DNA of 64,000 nt from Paraphysomonas bandaiensis (GCA_965644295.1 CBFFRP010000429.1:62001-126000); one strand, 5' to 3'. Counted from the stretch's first letter, positions 24,012-39,397 are shown. Notes: a model not told the origin generated them from the letters alone. Numbers and translations: made by a program.

Positions 24012-26411
24012 TTAAATCCCTAAATCAGCAATTTCTTTTCTGATGTCTTCTTCTGTCGCGATTTTCCTGATCTGTTGTTAATGTTAGCCGTTGTCTAATT
24101 GATACACATCGCTTGCGCGACGAGTGGCATAGCTGAAACGCACATCACACAGAACAGAGCCTGTTTTACCTGCTCTGGTTTTAACTCCACGCCTGCATCT
24201 CTTTTGGCTTTCAACTCCTCCACCTGCTTCAGCTTCTTTTGAAGGTTCTTTTTCTTCTTGCTAGGATCAATTTCAACAGTCTCACTTTCCGCTGGCGGAG
24301 GGGGTGGTGGCACAGCAGCAGGTGCAGCCTGGGGTTTGGCCTTCTTTTTACTTCCCCCCTTACCTAATATATAGCATTATTTACATAACATTTGAAGTCA
24401 TTCAGGAATGCACAATCACGCACCAGCTGCCTTTGGTTGAGGTGGAGGGGCCCCGGGAATCGTCCGAACAGACGGTTTATAGGCCGGTGCTTTCTGTGTA
24501 GGCGCTGTCCCGTTGGCACCAACCTTTCCTTTCGGACCTTGATGTTGCTCTCGCTTCAGCATATTCGATAAGCTTCCGGTAGAGCCAGGAGGTCTACAAC
24601 ATCACGACTTACTTCAACTATACCATGCGGAAAGACACACCAGGAAATTTAGTTTCCACATACCTGTATGGAGCAGCGGCAACTGGTTTGGGCGCGGGAG
24701 TAGCCTGTGTTGAAGAAGCCCCAGCTCTAGAGGGAGAACGGCCTCTATCTGGGTAACGCTCGGTAGGGCAGGGCACCCACTGGGCGTCATAGAGACATCC
24801 TACCCTATATTATTCATTTAATATCTTCACAACTGCAGAATGATTGAATACATACTTATAATCTACAACAGGGCCAACGCCGTTGTACTTGAACAACTTA
24901 AATCCGTTGTCAACGTTCATACGAGGTGTCAATGTACAGGTCATGAAGTATCTAGAGTCTGGGCTCCATCCCCAACCAATGGCACCGTGTGACGAAGCCG
25001 TGCCAATTTGACGTCGTTTACTACTCGTAATCTCATAGAAGTTCATATCCCCTACGATAGTAATAATGATACGGCAATTAGGATACGTTGGTCTCATTAT
25101 AACATATACTACACCTCCAAGATTTCCAAATCCAGCAAGACACAGAAACCGACCATGTGGGGAGAAACTGATAACGTCCCTGTATAGTGCGCCGAATTCG
25201 TACACCGGTTCACCAGCAGGATTGAACATCGTCACGTGACAAGGCATTTTTCCTGCAGCCATTATAAAGCACGAACCGTCAGGCGACCACTGAACGGAGT
25301 AAACGTGTCCGTCCTTAGACTGAGGCACTGGACGGCTGACAGACCCATCTACGGAGACTATGAATAGGCCTGTAGCACCGTAGTAGGATCCACCGGAGGA
25401 ATCTACATCACTGCAGGACATATTAATTAAGCCCCGATACGTGTTCAAACAACAATACAAGGCCATCAGACACACCTCTGGGTTTGTATGAGCACTCTAT
25501 CGCCTTCATTGGGTCTCCACAACATCTTGCACTCAGACGCGCTGAACAGCGTGCGACATATTCCAGTGTCTTCAAAAGACCAATTGGACCCGTCCTGTTG
25601 ACTGTACCTGATATGTTGCATTAGTTTATGCGCTGGAAACGCATTCCGCAAGATATCAGCGCCTACCGGTATAATGAAACCTTTGCAGGTCCTCCTGATC
25701 CTTCTGGTGTAAATGCGGCTACAAATGGATGACTAGAATTTGGCGCAAGGCTGAACTGGGAAATGTTTTTGTGGTACACTTTACTAGCTCGCTCAAACGA
25801 TCCATTGGCCCCACTGGGCAACAAAAGGTGGATTTCATTGGTGACTACCCGCATACAGCATGATTCATCAGCATTCCATTGAATTACACTTTTCTTAAGT
25901 ACACGTTGATTGAAGCTGGCAACCATGGTGCACTGTCCGACATGCCACACTTGAAGATTGCCCACTGCGGGAGTTTCCTGCTGCTGCTGAGGCTGTTTCT
26001 TAGGACGACTCCAGGTGACCACATAGGTTCCCAATGGGCTGAATTCAACATATTCTGCATCAACAACAGGAATACTAGCCCGTAGTTCCCCGGTAGCACT
26101 GCTCATTACACGTATTGGCGAACCAACAGCAGAGAGGATGCAGACCATACTCCCATCAGCTGAAAACATAGGCGACTGACGCATATCACTTCCCTCCAGT
26201 GACAGGACCTCATCATTCTCAACTCCAACAGTGACAGGTGTCTCAGAAGGGAAGATAATAGAGGGCGGGCCGTATAGGCTCTTAGTTCCCTAACAGACGT
26301 CAGTGTGAGACAGTTAGCTGTAATCACATCACACATCACCTCCTTAGTCCGAAGCAGTAATTTGGTTCGAGGAAAATCAATCCCTTCGAATCTTTTGTAG
26401 TGATCCTCCAT
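24012..26411 (-). CDS. EIF2A: Eukaryotic translation initiation factor 2A
   Basis: Spliced exons with EFSPLGTYVVTW, DVDSSGGSYYG, DGHVYSVQWSP, FSPHGRFLCLAGFGNLGGDM, WSPDSRYF, TPRMNVDNGFK, PYRPP and C-terminal KNLQKKLKQVEELK...LKPEQ. Confidence 0.95.
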
Positions 26412-26507
26412 GCTGCAGCTAGAGCGTTAATTATACTCCTCGTTGAAATGTCATGATCTGTCCACCCATAAACAACACCACAACCCCATACAATATACGC
26501 ATGCATG

Positions 26508-26679
26508 GATGTATGTATGTATGTATGTATGTATGTATGTATGTATGTATGTATGTATGTATGTATGTATGTATGTATGTATGTATGTATGTATGTATGT
26601 ATGTATGTATGTATGTATGTGTGTATGTATGTATGTATGTATGTATGTATGTCTGTATGTATGTATGTATGTATGTATG

Positions 26680-26710
<31 letters not shown>

Positions 26711-26856
26711 TGTAGGTATGTATGTATGTATGTATGTATGTATGTATGTATGTATGTATGTATGTATGTATGTATGTATGTATGTATGTATGTATGTATG
26801 TCTGTATGTATGTCTGTATGTATGTATGTATGTATGTATGTATGTATGTATGTATG

Positions 26857-26887
<31 letters not shown>

Positions 26888-26934
26888 CGTATGTATGTAT
26901 GTATGTATGTATGTATGTATGTATGATATGTATG
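26508..26934. repeat. (TATG)n microsatellite, ~430 bp
   Basis: Direct reading; source of the spurious MYVC/HTYI ORFs. Confidence 0.98.
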
Positions 26935-29900
26935 CAGGTACAGCGTGTTGGTTATATGGGTGTGGAGTGGGTCTGGTCATCGTTGTTATTATCTTCCACA
27001 TCTCATAGCATCTGAGGATGTATTGGCCTTCCTTAGAAGCACCTGTGGACATCTCTCACAGGCGCCTAAGCACTCCCAATTATGTGGATATCGTAGTTAT
27101 AGTCGGCTTATCGGGTCTGTTGTTCTATCTGCTGTATGTGCTACTGAAGCAGAGTCATGTGTGGAGACTGTGAGTGGATATCGTGATATAGTATACCTGT
27201 ATAATGCATATGAGGATAGTCAGAACAAGCAGCGTGTGAAAGAAGTGTTGGATCAGCGCAGGCACGTGAGAGACGAGTTCCGCACAGAGAATGGCTACTC
27301 GTGGGACTTCTGTATGGTGTTTAAGGTGTACAACAATCGCGACAACGCCACTGAACTGCAGAATAAATGGAACTTGAAGTATATACTACGAGAACTCACA
27401 AGAGGTGGATTTCAGACCAAATCGTTTTATAGTGCACAGGTTGGAACTGACCTGTTAATATGATGCTTAGTTTGACATGCCTTGGTGTAGGCTGATGAGG
27501 TGTATGTAAAAATACGGGCTCCACTGGATCGACTTCTTAGGGAGGCGGATCGTATTGATCTCAAACTTCCGTTGAACCCAGAAAATCTCAAGAAGTTATT
27601 AAAAGAAGGCAGACGAGAGGGAAATAAGGTGCAAAGTAGATTATTTTTGCTTTAATTATGCACACCAAACAATGTAGTATTTGTAATATTCTTGTCTAAT
27701 CTAGGAGCTTTGGGGTCCAGTTAATATTCCCGATACTAGTGTGGAAACACCACTGTCTCCGTACGACTACATATATGCCAGATACGAGTACGATAGACCG
27801 GAGGTCGCAAATTTGTACCACGTATGGGACAACCATACTGTGTTTCGTGGTGTGGATAGACTGAAGCTGATGTACAGTATAATGACAGCCCGCAAAGTCG
27901 ATGGAGGGTGCAATTTAGACGTTTACCGTATCATTAAAGACGGCGCCATGCTCGGCTTTTTTCCACTGCATGATAAGTTGGAGCTGTTGCAGCTGCAAGA
28001 GAAATGGCTTGTGTACTGTCAATATCCCTGGGACCAACCTATAGACGATGTGAAGAATTATTTCGGGGAAAAAATAGGACTGTATTTTCTGTGGCTAGCA
28101 CATTATACGTCGTGGCTGATGTTTGCTGGTGTTATCGGCTTTTTTTGTTGGATCAATGTCGCTGTGGAAGGAAACGATCCGAATGCAGTTATTATGCCAT
28201 ATTTTGCAACATTTATGGCACTGTGGGCAACCCTTTTTTTGGAGTTTTGGAAACGGAAAGAGAGTAGGTATGTTTCTTTTGTACAAAATAGTTGCATCAC
28301 TGCTTTCGTAACGTGCGTTCGACAACGTGGCTTTCTACATAGTATACGTCATAAAATTATATCACATTCCATGATACTGCAGGTATGCTATGATGTGGGG
28401 CATGTCTGGATTCGAATCTGAAGAGCAAGATCGTCCTCAATTTGAAGGTGTCACAATGGCTTCGCCGGTAACAGGCCAAGACTATTTATATTTTCCACGG
28501 CGAGAGAGTTCGAAACGGCGGGCCTACTCGCTGTCTATAATCAGCGCTTTCATTGCATTAGTTGTGGCGGTTGTGGGGTCAATATTTATTTTAAAACTCG
28601 TGTTATCTCGTATCAAAGCGCTGACGTATGAGGGTACCCAATTAGGTGGCATAATTGCAGCTATTGCGAACGCAATTCAGATTCAAGTGATGAATATTAT
28701 ATATGGTGGAGTTGCCATCAAACTAACGAATTATGAAAATCATCGTACTGACACGGCATATGAAGATTCTCTCATTGGCAAAACTTTCGTGTTTCAATTT
28801 GTTAACTCGTTTGCAGCTCTGTTTTATATTGCCTTTGTCAAACCATTTCTTCTCATCGACCCCTGTCTTGGACCGTAAGTGATATGAATTATACAGTGGT
28901 TATTGTGATCAACATGTGATGTGTATGTTAGATATATGTCAATAAATGTTCTAACTACTGCGCTCTGATGATGTTTTAGGTGTCTCAGTGAACTCCAGAC
29001 GAATCTAGGAACAATATTTCTCACTCGCCTAGCATTAGGAAGCACCTTAAAGGTTATTATACCAAGCGTGATGTCTCATCTGGCGGATAAAGCGAACTCC
29101 AAGGGAAATGTAATTCATGAGTTGACGGAGGCTGAAAAGGAATTCAATTTGGTGCGTAGGTGGAAGTTTTGTTATTACTGTAAATTTGAACCTGTATTTT
29201 TTACACTCGGACTCATATATTATGTGCTTATAAAGATGGAATATCATGTCATGCTTGGGCCGTTTCAAGATTATGCGGAGGCTGCTATACAGGTGTGTGA
29301 GGAATATGCTGTAGAAAGCGTACGCTTATTTCATTGGTCGTCATGCTGCCGCCGATTAAACTTTTGCCTCACATATCTTAGATATGTTGGATATCAATGA
29401 CTTTTTTGTGTTTGTAGTATGGGTACGCGACAATGTTTGTTGCAGCCTATCCTTTGGCTGCGATAATGTCTTTTGTGAACAACTATATAGGTGAGCTATT
29501 CGCTGCGTATTTTGTATTGAAGTGAAGTAGAAAGTAATTGTGGAGTGAATTATTTTATTGTGTTTTCAACGCTTACTGTTATAAAATTGTTACGGGTGTG
29601 CAGAGCTGAGGGTTGATGCATGGAAGTTGCTACAACAAAGTCGGAGACCAGAACCTAGATCAGCTGAAGATATTGGTACATGGTAGGGAGTGATCACGTT
29701 ATTCTTAATTTACCATATATTTACGTGTGCGATTCTCTGTGTTTGTAGTATAAATAGCTTCTGTTTTTAATATTTGTTGTATTATCCCAGGCAAAGTATA
29801 CTGGAGATTGTGTCGATATTCGCTATGATCATCAACGCGGCATTGATATCATTTACTGGCACTTTTGTCGTAAACTATACCTGGAATGTCCGAGCCTGGA

Positions 29901-30473
29901 TATTTATGACAACAGCGTGTGGAATATACCTGTACGTTGACGTACCCATTATGTTTTGTCGAACCTTTATGTTTTAGTATTCGTGGCTTGTCGATGTATA
30001 TATCAGTTACGGGCCTCTGACTCAACGAATTGTTTCAGTATGAAAGTAACGGTTGCCGCGTTTATCCCTGATGTACCCCCAGAGGTCACGATACAGGTCG
30101 CTTTGTATTTTGTTTAGCATGTGTTCATATAACTCTTTTAACTGTAGCTGGAACGTCAAGACTACATCATTGGGAAAGTACTGGATAATATCCAGGTGTG
30201 TTACGTTACGTCTGCATTAAACGACCTAAGCAGTCCTAACACGTTTACAGGATGAAGATGATGATGGCTTAATTGACACCAGTGCTGTTCATGTTGCGGA
30301 TTTTTCAGTCAAGTAAGTGTGACATTTTGTGATGTCGAAATGGTCTCGTTAGCTCAATATTCAGTGCTTTGTGTAATCATTATTTTACGTGTAGTGTAGT
30401 AAGTCCTCCATGTGTTTGCACTGATGTAACTTGTTTAAACGTGTACAGATTTGTTGACGACGATCAGCTTTGA
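26928..30473 (+). CDS. Anoctamin/TMEM16 Ca2+-activated channel/scramblase (start tentative)
   Basis: FFPLHD, QPIDDVKNYFGEKIGLYFLWL, FLEFWKRKE, YENHRTDTAYEDSLIGKTFVFQFVNSF, DYAEAAIQ|YGYATMFVAAYPLA, NNYI|ELRVDAWKL, RRPEPRSAEDIGTW; stop 30473. Confidence 0.9.
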
Positions 30474-30994
30474 GTCTATTTGCATATCAGCCACGTACCG
30501 TAAAAGGAATAAGGTGGCGGCACAGACTGATACTGAAGTGTTTATCCATTTGTGTAGTATAATTCCACCCTAGTATATGTTTAATATTAGCTTAGGACCA
30601 TATCATATCGATCTTTACAGCGAGGTCAAAGTTTTCGTAGACTTGATAGGTTACTCATTATTCAGTTTTAACAACTTGTTGTGACTACAATAACTTTGCA
30701 TTATTGTTGAACGTGCACTGCTGCTGCAAAGGCACAATATACATTTCATTTTTAGTCCGCAATACAATATAACATATATTGGACAGTGACAGTAACACGC
30801 AATTCGCACTGCTCTAGATGTAGATACTTAACAAAAGGGGTCACTTAGTACAAATTAATTCTATTATCAATTCTTCAAAATAACTGATTATTATACAAAA
30901 CATCACAAACATATACAAGTCAGATATAATACTCAACGACAAGACATCAGTATATACTTTGTGAGAATACAAAAAGAAACACAATAAACTTGAA

Positions 30995-33900
30995 CTAAAT
31001 CGCGTCATGCGTAATTTGTGTGTGCTGTGCAAATTGTAAATTCACATTTTTCATAAGCTTTTTGATGTCTGATGTCTTCTTGAAATGCTTGTCGATTGTC
31101 TTCGCCCCTAAAAATTTACTCATGTCATACACGAAAACATCTGTCTTTGGGCCTGCTCCCGAAGTCTGTGCAGCCTTGATCAACTCTTTCATGTACTGTG
31201 TATTTATGTGATCTTTCCAGTGTTGCATTGTATCTGATAGTATATTCTCCAGCAGAGGGTTTAGTACCCTCACGAGTATACTTGCGCCACTCTCGCATAA
31301 CTTCAATGGGCTTTTCTTCATACTTAAAACTCGAATCAACTCTTCAAAAGGGTGATCAGATTCAATAACAGATTGGTTGACAGGACCTTCGATTAGTGGC
31401 AATTGATACACCCCAGACACAACATGTGTGTAGCCAACTTTTTTTATGATCTCGGTACCAAAAGGAAATATAGTCCAGAAAGATTTCCTCTTCACAGTAG
31501 GCTGCACTTGAATGTCGTAATCACTCTGTATACAAACATTAAATTTAAAAGGAATTAACAAAAAAGTACAAAAGATTCGCACCTTCGTCTTGGAATACTC
31601 CAGATTTATAGAGCGTACGTCAAATATAAAGCACAACTTTTTCTCGATAGAGGTGGGGTGAAAAGTACAAAAGCCGTCATTATATGCGGGGTGCTTGAGG
31701 CAGCTCTCCACATTGACGTCACGGGTGAAGTGAACACCCTCTGCAAGCGGAGGTTCCTTATAAAAGAGCCCTGGGGGAGAAGTCGAATAGATGACCTACA
31801 CAGTCATATAAGCAAGGAAAATACCACATAATGGCATATAACGACAATGAAAATACAAAGTTGCATATGTATATACTAACCTTGTAGAGCACATCATTAG
31901 TCCCAAACATGCCAGATTCCGGTAGATTATGAAGTTCGTTGATGGATACGGAGACACCACTATCAAAACTATAAGGCGTAGTGAGCGCATAATTAAGAAC
32001 CATTCGCACGTTAGTACTGGGACACAATATGCGGGAGTACCACTCTTGTAGTTCATCGGGAGAAGGATTTACAGGCTTTGGAGGAATGTGAGTAGGCAAT
32101 TTCGCCTGAGACACAGCACCGATTGCTTGCGTACACATAGTTTCCACAGTTCGATTCATTTGAGCAGCCTTGGCTTCAAAAGCTTGTACAATAGTGGGCG
32201 TCGGTTCACAAAGGCGACCGTCATAACAACCTGTCAAATAAGCTCCAGGCGGAGGTATATCCAGCTTTAGGCGCGCCCAGTCAGCTGCAGGATAATCAGC
32301 CTTCGACAATACATCGACACCATCAGATGACTTAGGCGCAGAATATATCCGCACGAGTAGAGTTGCACATGGAATTTTCGGCATCTTAGCATTTACTAAA
32401 CACTTTTCGTCCATTAGCTTTGCTTTCTTCAATCGCCCTCCGTATATTGGAAGTTGGAACAACCCAGTATTTATATATACATCGTTGGCATTAGCTGATG
32501 TAGGCTGCTCTCTGTCTCGAGTGGAAAAAAGCTTGATGGCAGCATAACCGACGCCTACGGACTCCAAGGTGTTGGAACACATAGTGTCTATGCGGAGAAG
32601 CACAGTGCTCGCAGTATTCATTACTTGTTGCCGACACTCAACCTTAATTTTATAAATAGGAGAAACCGCAGTGCCCTCCGACAGAGCAGAAAGGCCTTCG
32701 TGTGGTTCTCCCACTGCTTCATAGTCGGGCGTCATGATCTTTACCACACATCGGCTGATTGTACAGTTATCCGGAAGATACATTGCACCGTCAACATAAA
32801 TGTCTATACCATCCCCTTTTTGATACTTTTCGGTGCACGGTCCACATGGACTCCCAAGAGTCCAAAATTTTGACACTGGGTCATTTGTTTCTTCATCAGG
32901 TATGGAGTGCTGCGAAGAGTGAGTGGAACCAGCGTCACTGTCAGATTTTTCGTCTTCCTCTTTCAAAGCAGTTCTGGCATCATCATCAGTGCTAAGAGTT
33001 GTTTTCGACTGCGACGGTGCCATTGATTTCTGCGACTCAAGACTCTTCATACTTGCCAGTCGATTGAATGATGCCCGACTATTGGCAGTCTTAATAGTCC
33101 TCGCGGTACCAGATTTAGACGGAGCTGGGCTGGAGGACACATGGGACTTCATTTTCATAAGTGAAGGGAGCTTTGAGAGTGTCTTCTGAGGAAGAACAGA
33201 AACCTCCGCACCTCCCCCTTCCAGAGGCTCATATTTGTCAAACACAGCTGCTACATCATTAAGGTTTTGGGTTTTCCCGGAAATCGATAAGGGGTCAGAT
33301 ATGTCAATATTATCGGGTAGAACACGAAATAAGAACCAACCGTCACTAGCATCGGTCGTCGAGCTGCGTTGCCTCCCAGATGTACTCGCAATCCCTTTGC
33401 GAACTTTAATCCTCCAGGCCCCAGGACTAATTCTTAATTCATCTTCCGATGCACCAGGTATAGGTCCATTTGGCGTCACGAGTGGCATAGAACACAGTGC
33501 CCATCCAACAGGTTTCGACACACTATTTTCATCTTCCATGCTCTGGACCTCCATCAATACTTTAACGAAATTCGTTGGATCTTGTCCTAAATCTTCTTCT
33601 GATCTGTTCGCACATGTTTTTGCATTATGCTTCGAAGACTTAGGGGGCTTACGAGTGACGCTACTACTAGCATACTGCACAGTTCCAGTCCGATTCGCTG
33701 ATCCTACCGGTTTCGACCATGGAACCCAGTTCGAAGACTGCATTCTGCCCAACGGCTTGTTTTTGTAACTATAGAGACTACACGTTACTCTGAAGGACCC
33801 ATCAGTGATGACATCCGATGAAACAACGACACCATCCAATACAAACGACAAGCCATCGATGTAATTGGTTGAAACAGAATCAAGAGATTCTTTTGCAGGA

Positions 33901-36723
33901 GTCTGAGCTGTAGTCTTTTCTTTCCTTGCGCTTGTAGGTGAGGGAAGCTTTTTGTTGTTCCCACACGACTCTTGTAGCCGACTTTCCTCCATGGCAAGGG
34001 CTTGTTTAATCTTCAGAGCCTGCAACTGACGCTTTTGATCTTCCAGCCACCGCTAACAAGTAACAAAGATGAAACAACAGATATAATTCGTACTGACATA
34101 CAAAATAGTGTACATATGGATCATTACATAAATCAACGTAAAAGCATATACACTGTAAATCGAAAGCACCTGATGCTCCTCTTCAGAGTTTTTCGCAGAG
34201 CGTCGCATCTCCAACTCTCTTTTCACATCTTCTAGTGCCTCCAATTGTTTTAGTTTTTCGATCTCAAACTGCATTCGTCTCATCTCCTCACGATGCTTAA
34301 TCTCCGCACGAGAGAGACGCTTGGGGCTATTCTGCTGTGGAGCAACATGCTTTAGATAGTTTGGGGTAGAGTCTAAATAACTCTCTGCTGCTGTCGAACC
34401 GTCCCCACTTCGACTGATAGGTTTGTTTCCCAGTGACGACAGTTTCGAATTTTCCTGTTCCAGCTGTTCTGCCAACTGCTGCATCTCTTTAATAAACGAC
34501 TGTTGTTGAGGTGGATGATCATGATGATTCGGCGGTTGAATCTGCTGATTTGATGGCGGATACTGTGGGAACGGCTGCGCTGGTTGGTAAGGAGGTTGCC
34601 CGTACTGCTGTTGGTAAGGGGGATTATAGCCTGGTTGCATATAAGGCTGTTGCATGAACGGGTTCTGACCATAAGGTGCATTGTACGGCACACCAAAAGG
34701 GCTTGCTGACGGATACATAGGTGCCTGTGGATTGGGCTTGTGCATATAGGGATTAGACGGGTAATTCCCTGGGTGATACATATTTCCGCCGTGGTCATTC
34801 GGAATCCCCCTATTCCCTCTCTGTCTCCTCCGTTGGCGTATATCACGATCAAAACCAGATGCATATACGTACTCCCTGCCATGAATTCCATCATTCGACT
34901 CACTACCATTACTGTGGGGTCTTTGGTTGTTCCTTGGTTCATTTCGGAAGTCGCGTTGTCGCTCCTCAGGGCCCTTCAGAGATTTATGACTGCTGCGAGA
35001 CCTAAGAGCATTATGACTATTCTCGTGAAAATCCCTCCAGTGCATTTGGGGTTCACCATTGTGTTGACTACTATTATTATTATTACTACTACTCTCTTGG
35101 ACTTCTTTCATGGCTTCATCTAGAGTGTCGCGTCCAGTATCCATCACAGCATTTTTCATTGAAATGCTTTTGAGACTAATATCTGAAGGAGACTGAGACA
35201 CTTCTGATACAACACCACCGCTCATCTCGGCCCGATTTTCTGACGTTTTATCTGAGCGTTTACTAGGCGAGAGCATTGCATCAGTACTGATATCTCCCAT
35301 GAGCCATTTCTCTAAAAACTCCTGGCTACTGAGCACTCTCCCTGACTCATCCACCTGAATCATTTTCTTTCTCCGCTCTTCCTCCTTCATACGGGCAACC
35401 CGGGAGGGAGGTTGAGTGTCAATTGGCGAACTGCTGACGCCATTTTGCATCCTTGTCTTTAGAGCTTGCAATCGCTCCTCCTGCACCTTGAGACCAGCTT
35501 CCGTCGCAAGTGAATCCACCAGTCCTCGACTATTTTCCAGATTTGGTAGGGGGGATCCACTGGGTCTGGAACTGGCAGAATTCTCCGCAGCTTGCAATGA
35601 ATCAGTTCTACTGACAGAAGTCCCACGAGATTGAACTCTACTTACATTTTCTTCTCCCGATTGAACTTTACCGACATCTTCATCTCTAGTTTCTACAACG
35701 TCAGGCTGATATGAGGATTTTTTAATTTCCGGTTTGTTAGCGTATGCCTTGCTTTGGAAGTACCCGCCACGTTGTAGTTGTTGCTGGTCATCTAGGGCAG
35801 ACTGCTTGAGCGCTCTCGAGGCAGCAAGTCGTTGTGCATGCTCCGCAGCAAGCTTCGTCATCTCTTCGCGGTGCTTTACGCTTGTGTGGCCATCCTTGCG
35901 GCGTTCTACCGGGGCATGGTGATTCTAAGTTATTGACGGCATGTTCCAGCAACATATACATGCTACAACCAATGCCCATATAGTGGTAGCATCACTTATA
36001 TGACAATATCTACTTGCTTTACTAGGTAATACACTCACCTTCATATGCACGTTCCCGTTCTCTATCTACTGCATACAATCCCTCTTTCGCCTGTTTAACC
36101 TCCCGCCTAAGATTTTCCATCTCTTCTTTCCTTCTAGCCATATCAGCTTCCATCTCTCGCTGGGCCTGATCGAGTTGAGCAAGCTCACGAAGTGTATCTG
36201 CCTCAATATCCTCCAGATCAGCACGCTTTGCTTCTTTTACTTCTTGCGCAAGTTTCTGTTTGGCCAATTCAATTTCAAGATGTTCTGCTCGTAGCTTTGC
36301 ATCTAGTTCCTGCAAAATCCCATGTTATCATAAATATAATGATAACGAACGATGTGCTTCCACTACACAAAATTCAATTCTATCAAATACTGTCACAGGA
36401 CTTACTGCAAGTCTAGCAAGTTCTTCTTCTTCTTTCTTTGCGTTCTCCTGACTCATATTCTCTTCTAATAACAGTTTATTCAGTAGTTCATCCCTCTCTC
36501 TCTCTTTCTCCCATATGAGCTGCTCGTACATGCTTCGTGGATTAGAATAGATACTGGCATTGGGTGCAGTGGGTTTAGCGACAGATGGTTTCGTTGGGGA
36601 TTCATTTGATCCACCGAGAAGGACTCTCTCTGCCTCTGCATCAGCACCTGTGTCTAGAAGATATCTACGGACATCATCAAGAGACAACTCGTATTCATTT
36701 GTTGCAGGAGATGTAGAAGACAT
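30995..36723 (-). CDS. Large coiled-coil / low-complexity protein with C-terminal C2-like domains (CCDC17-like?)
   Basis: Collinear ORFs 36723-36328, 36315-36022, 35861-34053, 34025-31758 and 31711-30995 with splice signals. Motifs GIDIYVDGAMYLPDNCTISR, LLRIDT, NTGLFQLPIY, IPCATLLVRI. Family call tentative. Confidence 0.65.
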
Positions 36724-37152
36724 TATATCAGTGTGCTAGATGGATCTCATATATCCCACTAACATCACACAGGTAGCTATATATATAACACTATCTCGAT
36801 CTGCTTATAACTACCATCAGATAGTATCTACATACACACACATGCTCTATACAGGCCCTGCCCTCATATTCATATAAGACTCTTTACACACTATGCTGTT
36901 GTATGTATTCACATACACGAAGTTACTTCGAACTTTATTAAACTCTTCGACTTCATTTTATTGTACCTCATAATTGTGTTCAGTTGCGGGTATATTCATA
37001 ACGTTACTCCTATGCAGTATGCAGTCTTTTGTACTGATGTAATCATACACCGGTACACACATACAGGACTCTGGTATGGATTTATGTACATCTACTGCCG
37101 TAATGTACTGCTATAATTGTACTGTTGGATATATATCAAAGTACCAGTGTAA

Positions 37153-38431
37153 ATGGTACAGTCGCGCATCAGCACATACGCAGCAGCAGGATGTGCATCT
37201 ATGTGTGGCGTGAATTCATTAAACTACACAACAACACCCTCTTTTACCGCCATGTTTATTCAGGACCTTATCAGCGACATTATCAGTAAAGACTGCTGGG
37301 ATACCATCATTGTGAATGGTCAGCTCGATGAGGAGTGTATCAAAGCAGTGATCTCTAAGCTATTGGGGTACATACAGAGATAACCACATTGTTTCCCTCC
37401 TAATAGTATAACAGATATGCCATATTGGGCGGGTCAGTATTACTGAAGTTACCTCAGGTTCGTGTATAGTTGGATGCTAGCCGTGTAGTGCTCATAATAC
37501 GATTGGTTACGTATCAGATCATATCTATTCTATTGGCGAAGAGAGTGGACGGTCTCAGTCCAATTTCATTCTACTGCGAGGTTGAAATAACCGGAATTCT
37601 ATACATGTCTGAACTAACATTTTCTATGTAGCTACCCATGTCTATGAGTCTGATCGTGTACAACTACCTTCAACAAAATCCTTTTTCTTCTTACGGCGAA
37701 AACATTTTTGTTTTCGTTCAGAATTTGATATTAGTGTTGTTATTGTGGACTTACATGAAGGTTCGTTTTGTATTACCGTTAGCCGAACTTTGTATTTAGT
37801 GTATATGCGTTGAACATCACACTCGACTCATATTGATACATATGCAGCCTGCACCAACATTGTCAACGATGGTGGTCATGACCATCGGATTTTTACTGGT
37901 GACAGCGGGATGCATTTACACGCCGTCTGAGTACCAGGTCTGTATAACCTCTTCCTTCATCTCCTTGTAGCTGTCTAATTGTTTCGCATGGTGAATTTAG
38001 TACATTCTGCCGTTGTCTAGTGTTCCCCTGATCTTGAGCTCCCGGTGCTCTCAAGTGTACACCAACTATAAGAATAAGTCTACAGGTACCCTGTCACCGA
38101 TCACTGCCGTTCTTTCGTTGGCAGGCGCATTAGCTCGTATCTTTACTACCATCCAGCAAGTTGGCTGGGACTACTCATTGTTATCTGGGTTTGTTTCAAC
38201 CGCACTAGTCACTGGAGCTATGTGTGTGCAGGTGTGTCTTATATTGTGTGATACAGTGTATGTTAAATGATTTTGGGTGGTGGGGCATATATATTTCTCG
38301 TATATCTGTGCAGTATATAATGATACAGTTTGTGGTTTAACATTACCTTCCCTATGTAGTTCATTCTGTACGCCGGAAATGATGTGTCTGGTAAAAAGAA
38401 GTCTAAGGGTACGAAGAAGAAGTCAGATTAA
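37153..38431 (+). CDS. MPDU1: Mannose-P-dolichol utilization defect 1 (PQ-loop) protein
   Basis: Spliced CIKAVISKLLG|YAILGGSVLLKLPQ|I..., PFSSYGEN, NYKNKSTGTLS, GALARIFTTIQ; C-terminal KKKSD. Confidence 0.9.
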
Positions 38432-39397
38432 GGTTTTGTTTAGTCTATAGACTCCGTAATTATTAGTGACTGATATCCTCAATATGGTATTTATTTGTCT
38501 TAGCACTCGAAATGCCAGCACAAGAAAGTTAGAATACATATTTATACATTGGTCGGCTCCTTGATAAACTCGCTACAACGAATGAAATATAAAAAGTGAA
38601 AAGGCCGTGAACGTATTTATACTGAGCGATCTCCTCATTTTATATCATTCGAGATAGAGATAGAGACAGCTTCAATATTTAGTTGAAGTGTGCAAGATAT
38701 GCATTAACATTTTAATATTTACTAATTCACGTATACCTATATTCCTATCTTATTAGGAATCATTGATTCACGTATATCTCTTAACGCGTGAATACAACAC
38801 ACGTATACAATGAAATACCAAATAGACTGAATAATTACCAAACTATACATGATACGCGACTGTACAAGATACGCACACGTGTGGTGCTAACGCTCTGCTC
38901 AAACATGTCTTGCTATTATACTATTAGGCCTTATCTTTCAATCTTTATCTCTAATAATATCAAGTATATTCTTACTAAATATCAAGACTAACCTTAAATC
39001 TTGTTTTATCTCAATCATACAGCCTCGTGAAAACAACAAGAAACAAGATATACTGAAATAACAGTTGCCTGAATTATTATTAGACTATATAAGATTAGCG
39101 ACTGTCCAAGATATGCTATTATAAGATTGATCAGTAGTTAGGGTTGCGTAACAATTAATTGCAATGGCCGTCGATAATCTACGTCAATATATTGTTGATA
39201 AACAGGCAGGAAACAGAGATGCCTTTAACTCTTCTGTATACTGCATACATAATTATTAATATATCTACTCAACCTCAAGACTATATATTAATAGTCAGAG
39301 CATGTTGTAGTAGTCGTAGCACATTCTCGCAGTATATTAAATACTTTGATATCCTATTCGACATCTCTACATCTGCACTCGCACACATGAGCTCTAT

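Noticed and set aside
26336-27052. MYVC/HTYI-repeat ORFs (also at 49966-50543)
   Set aside because: Artefacts of translating (TATG)n.
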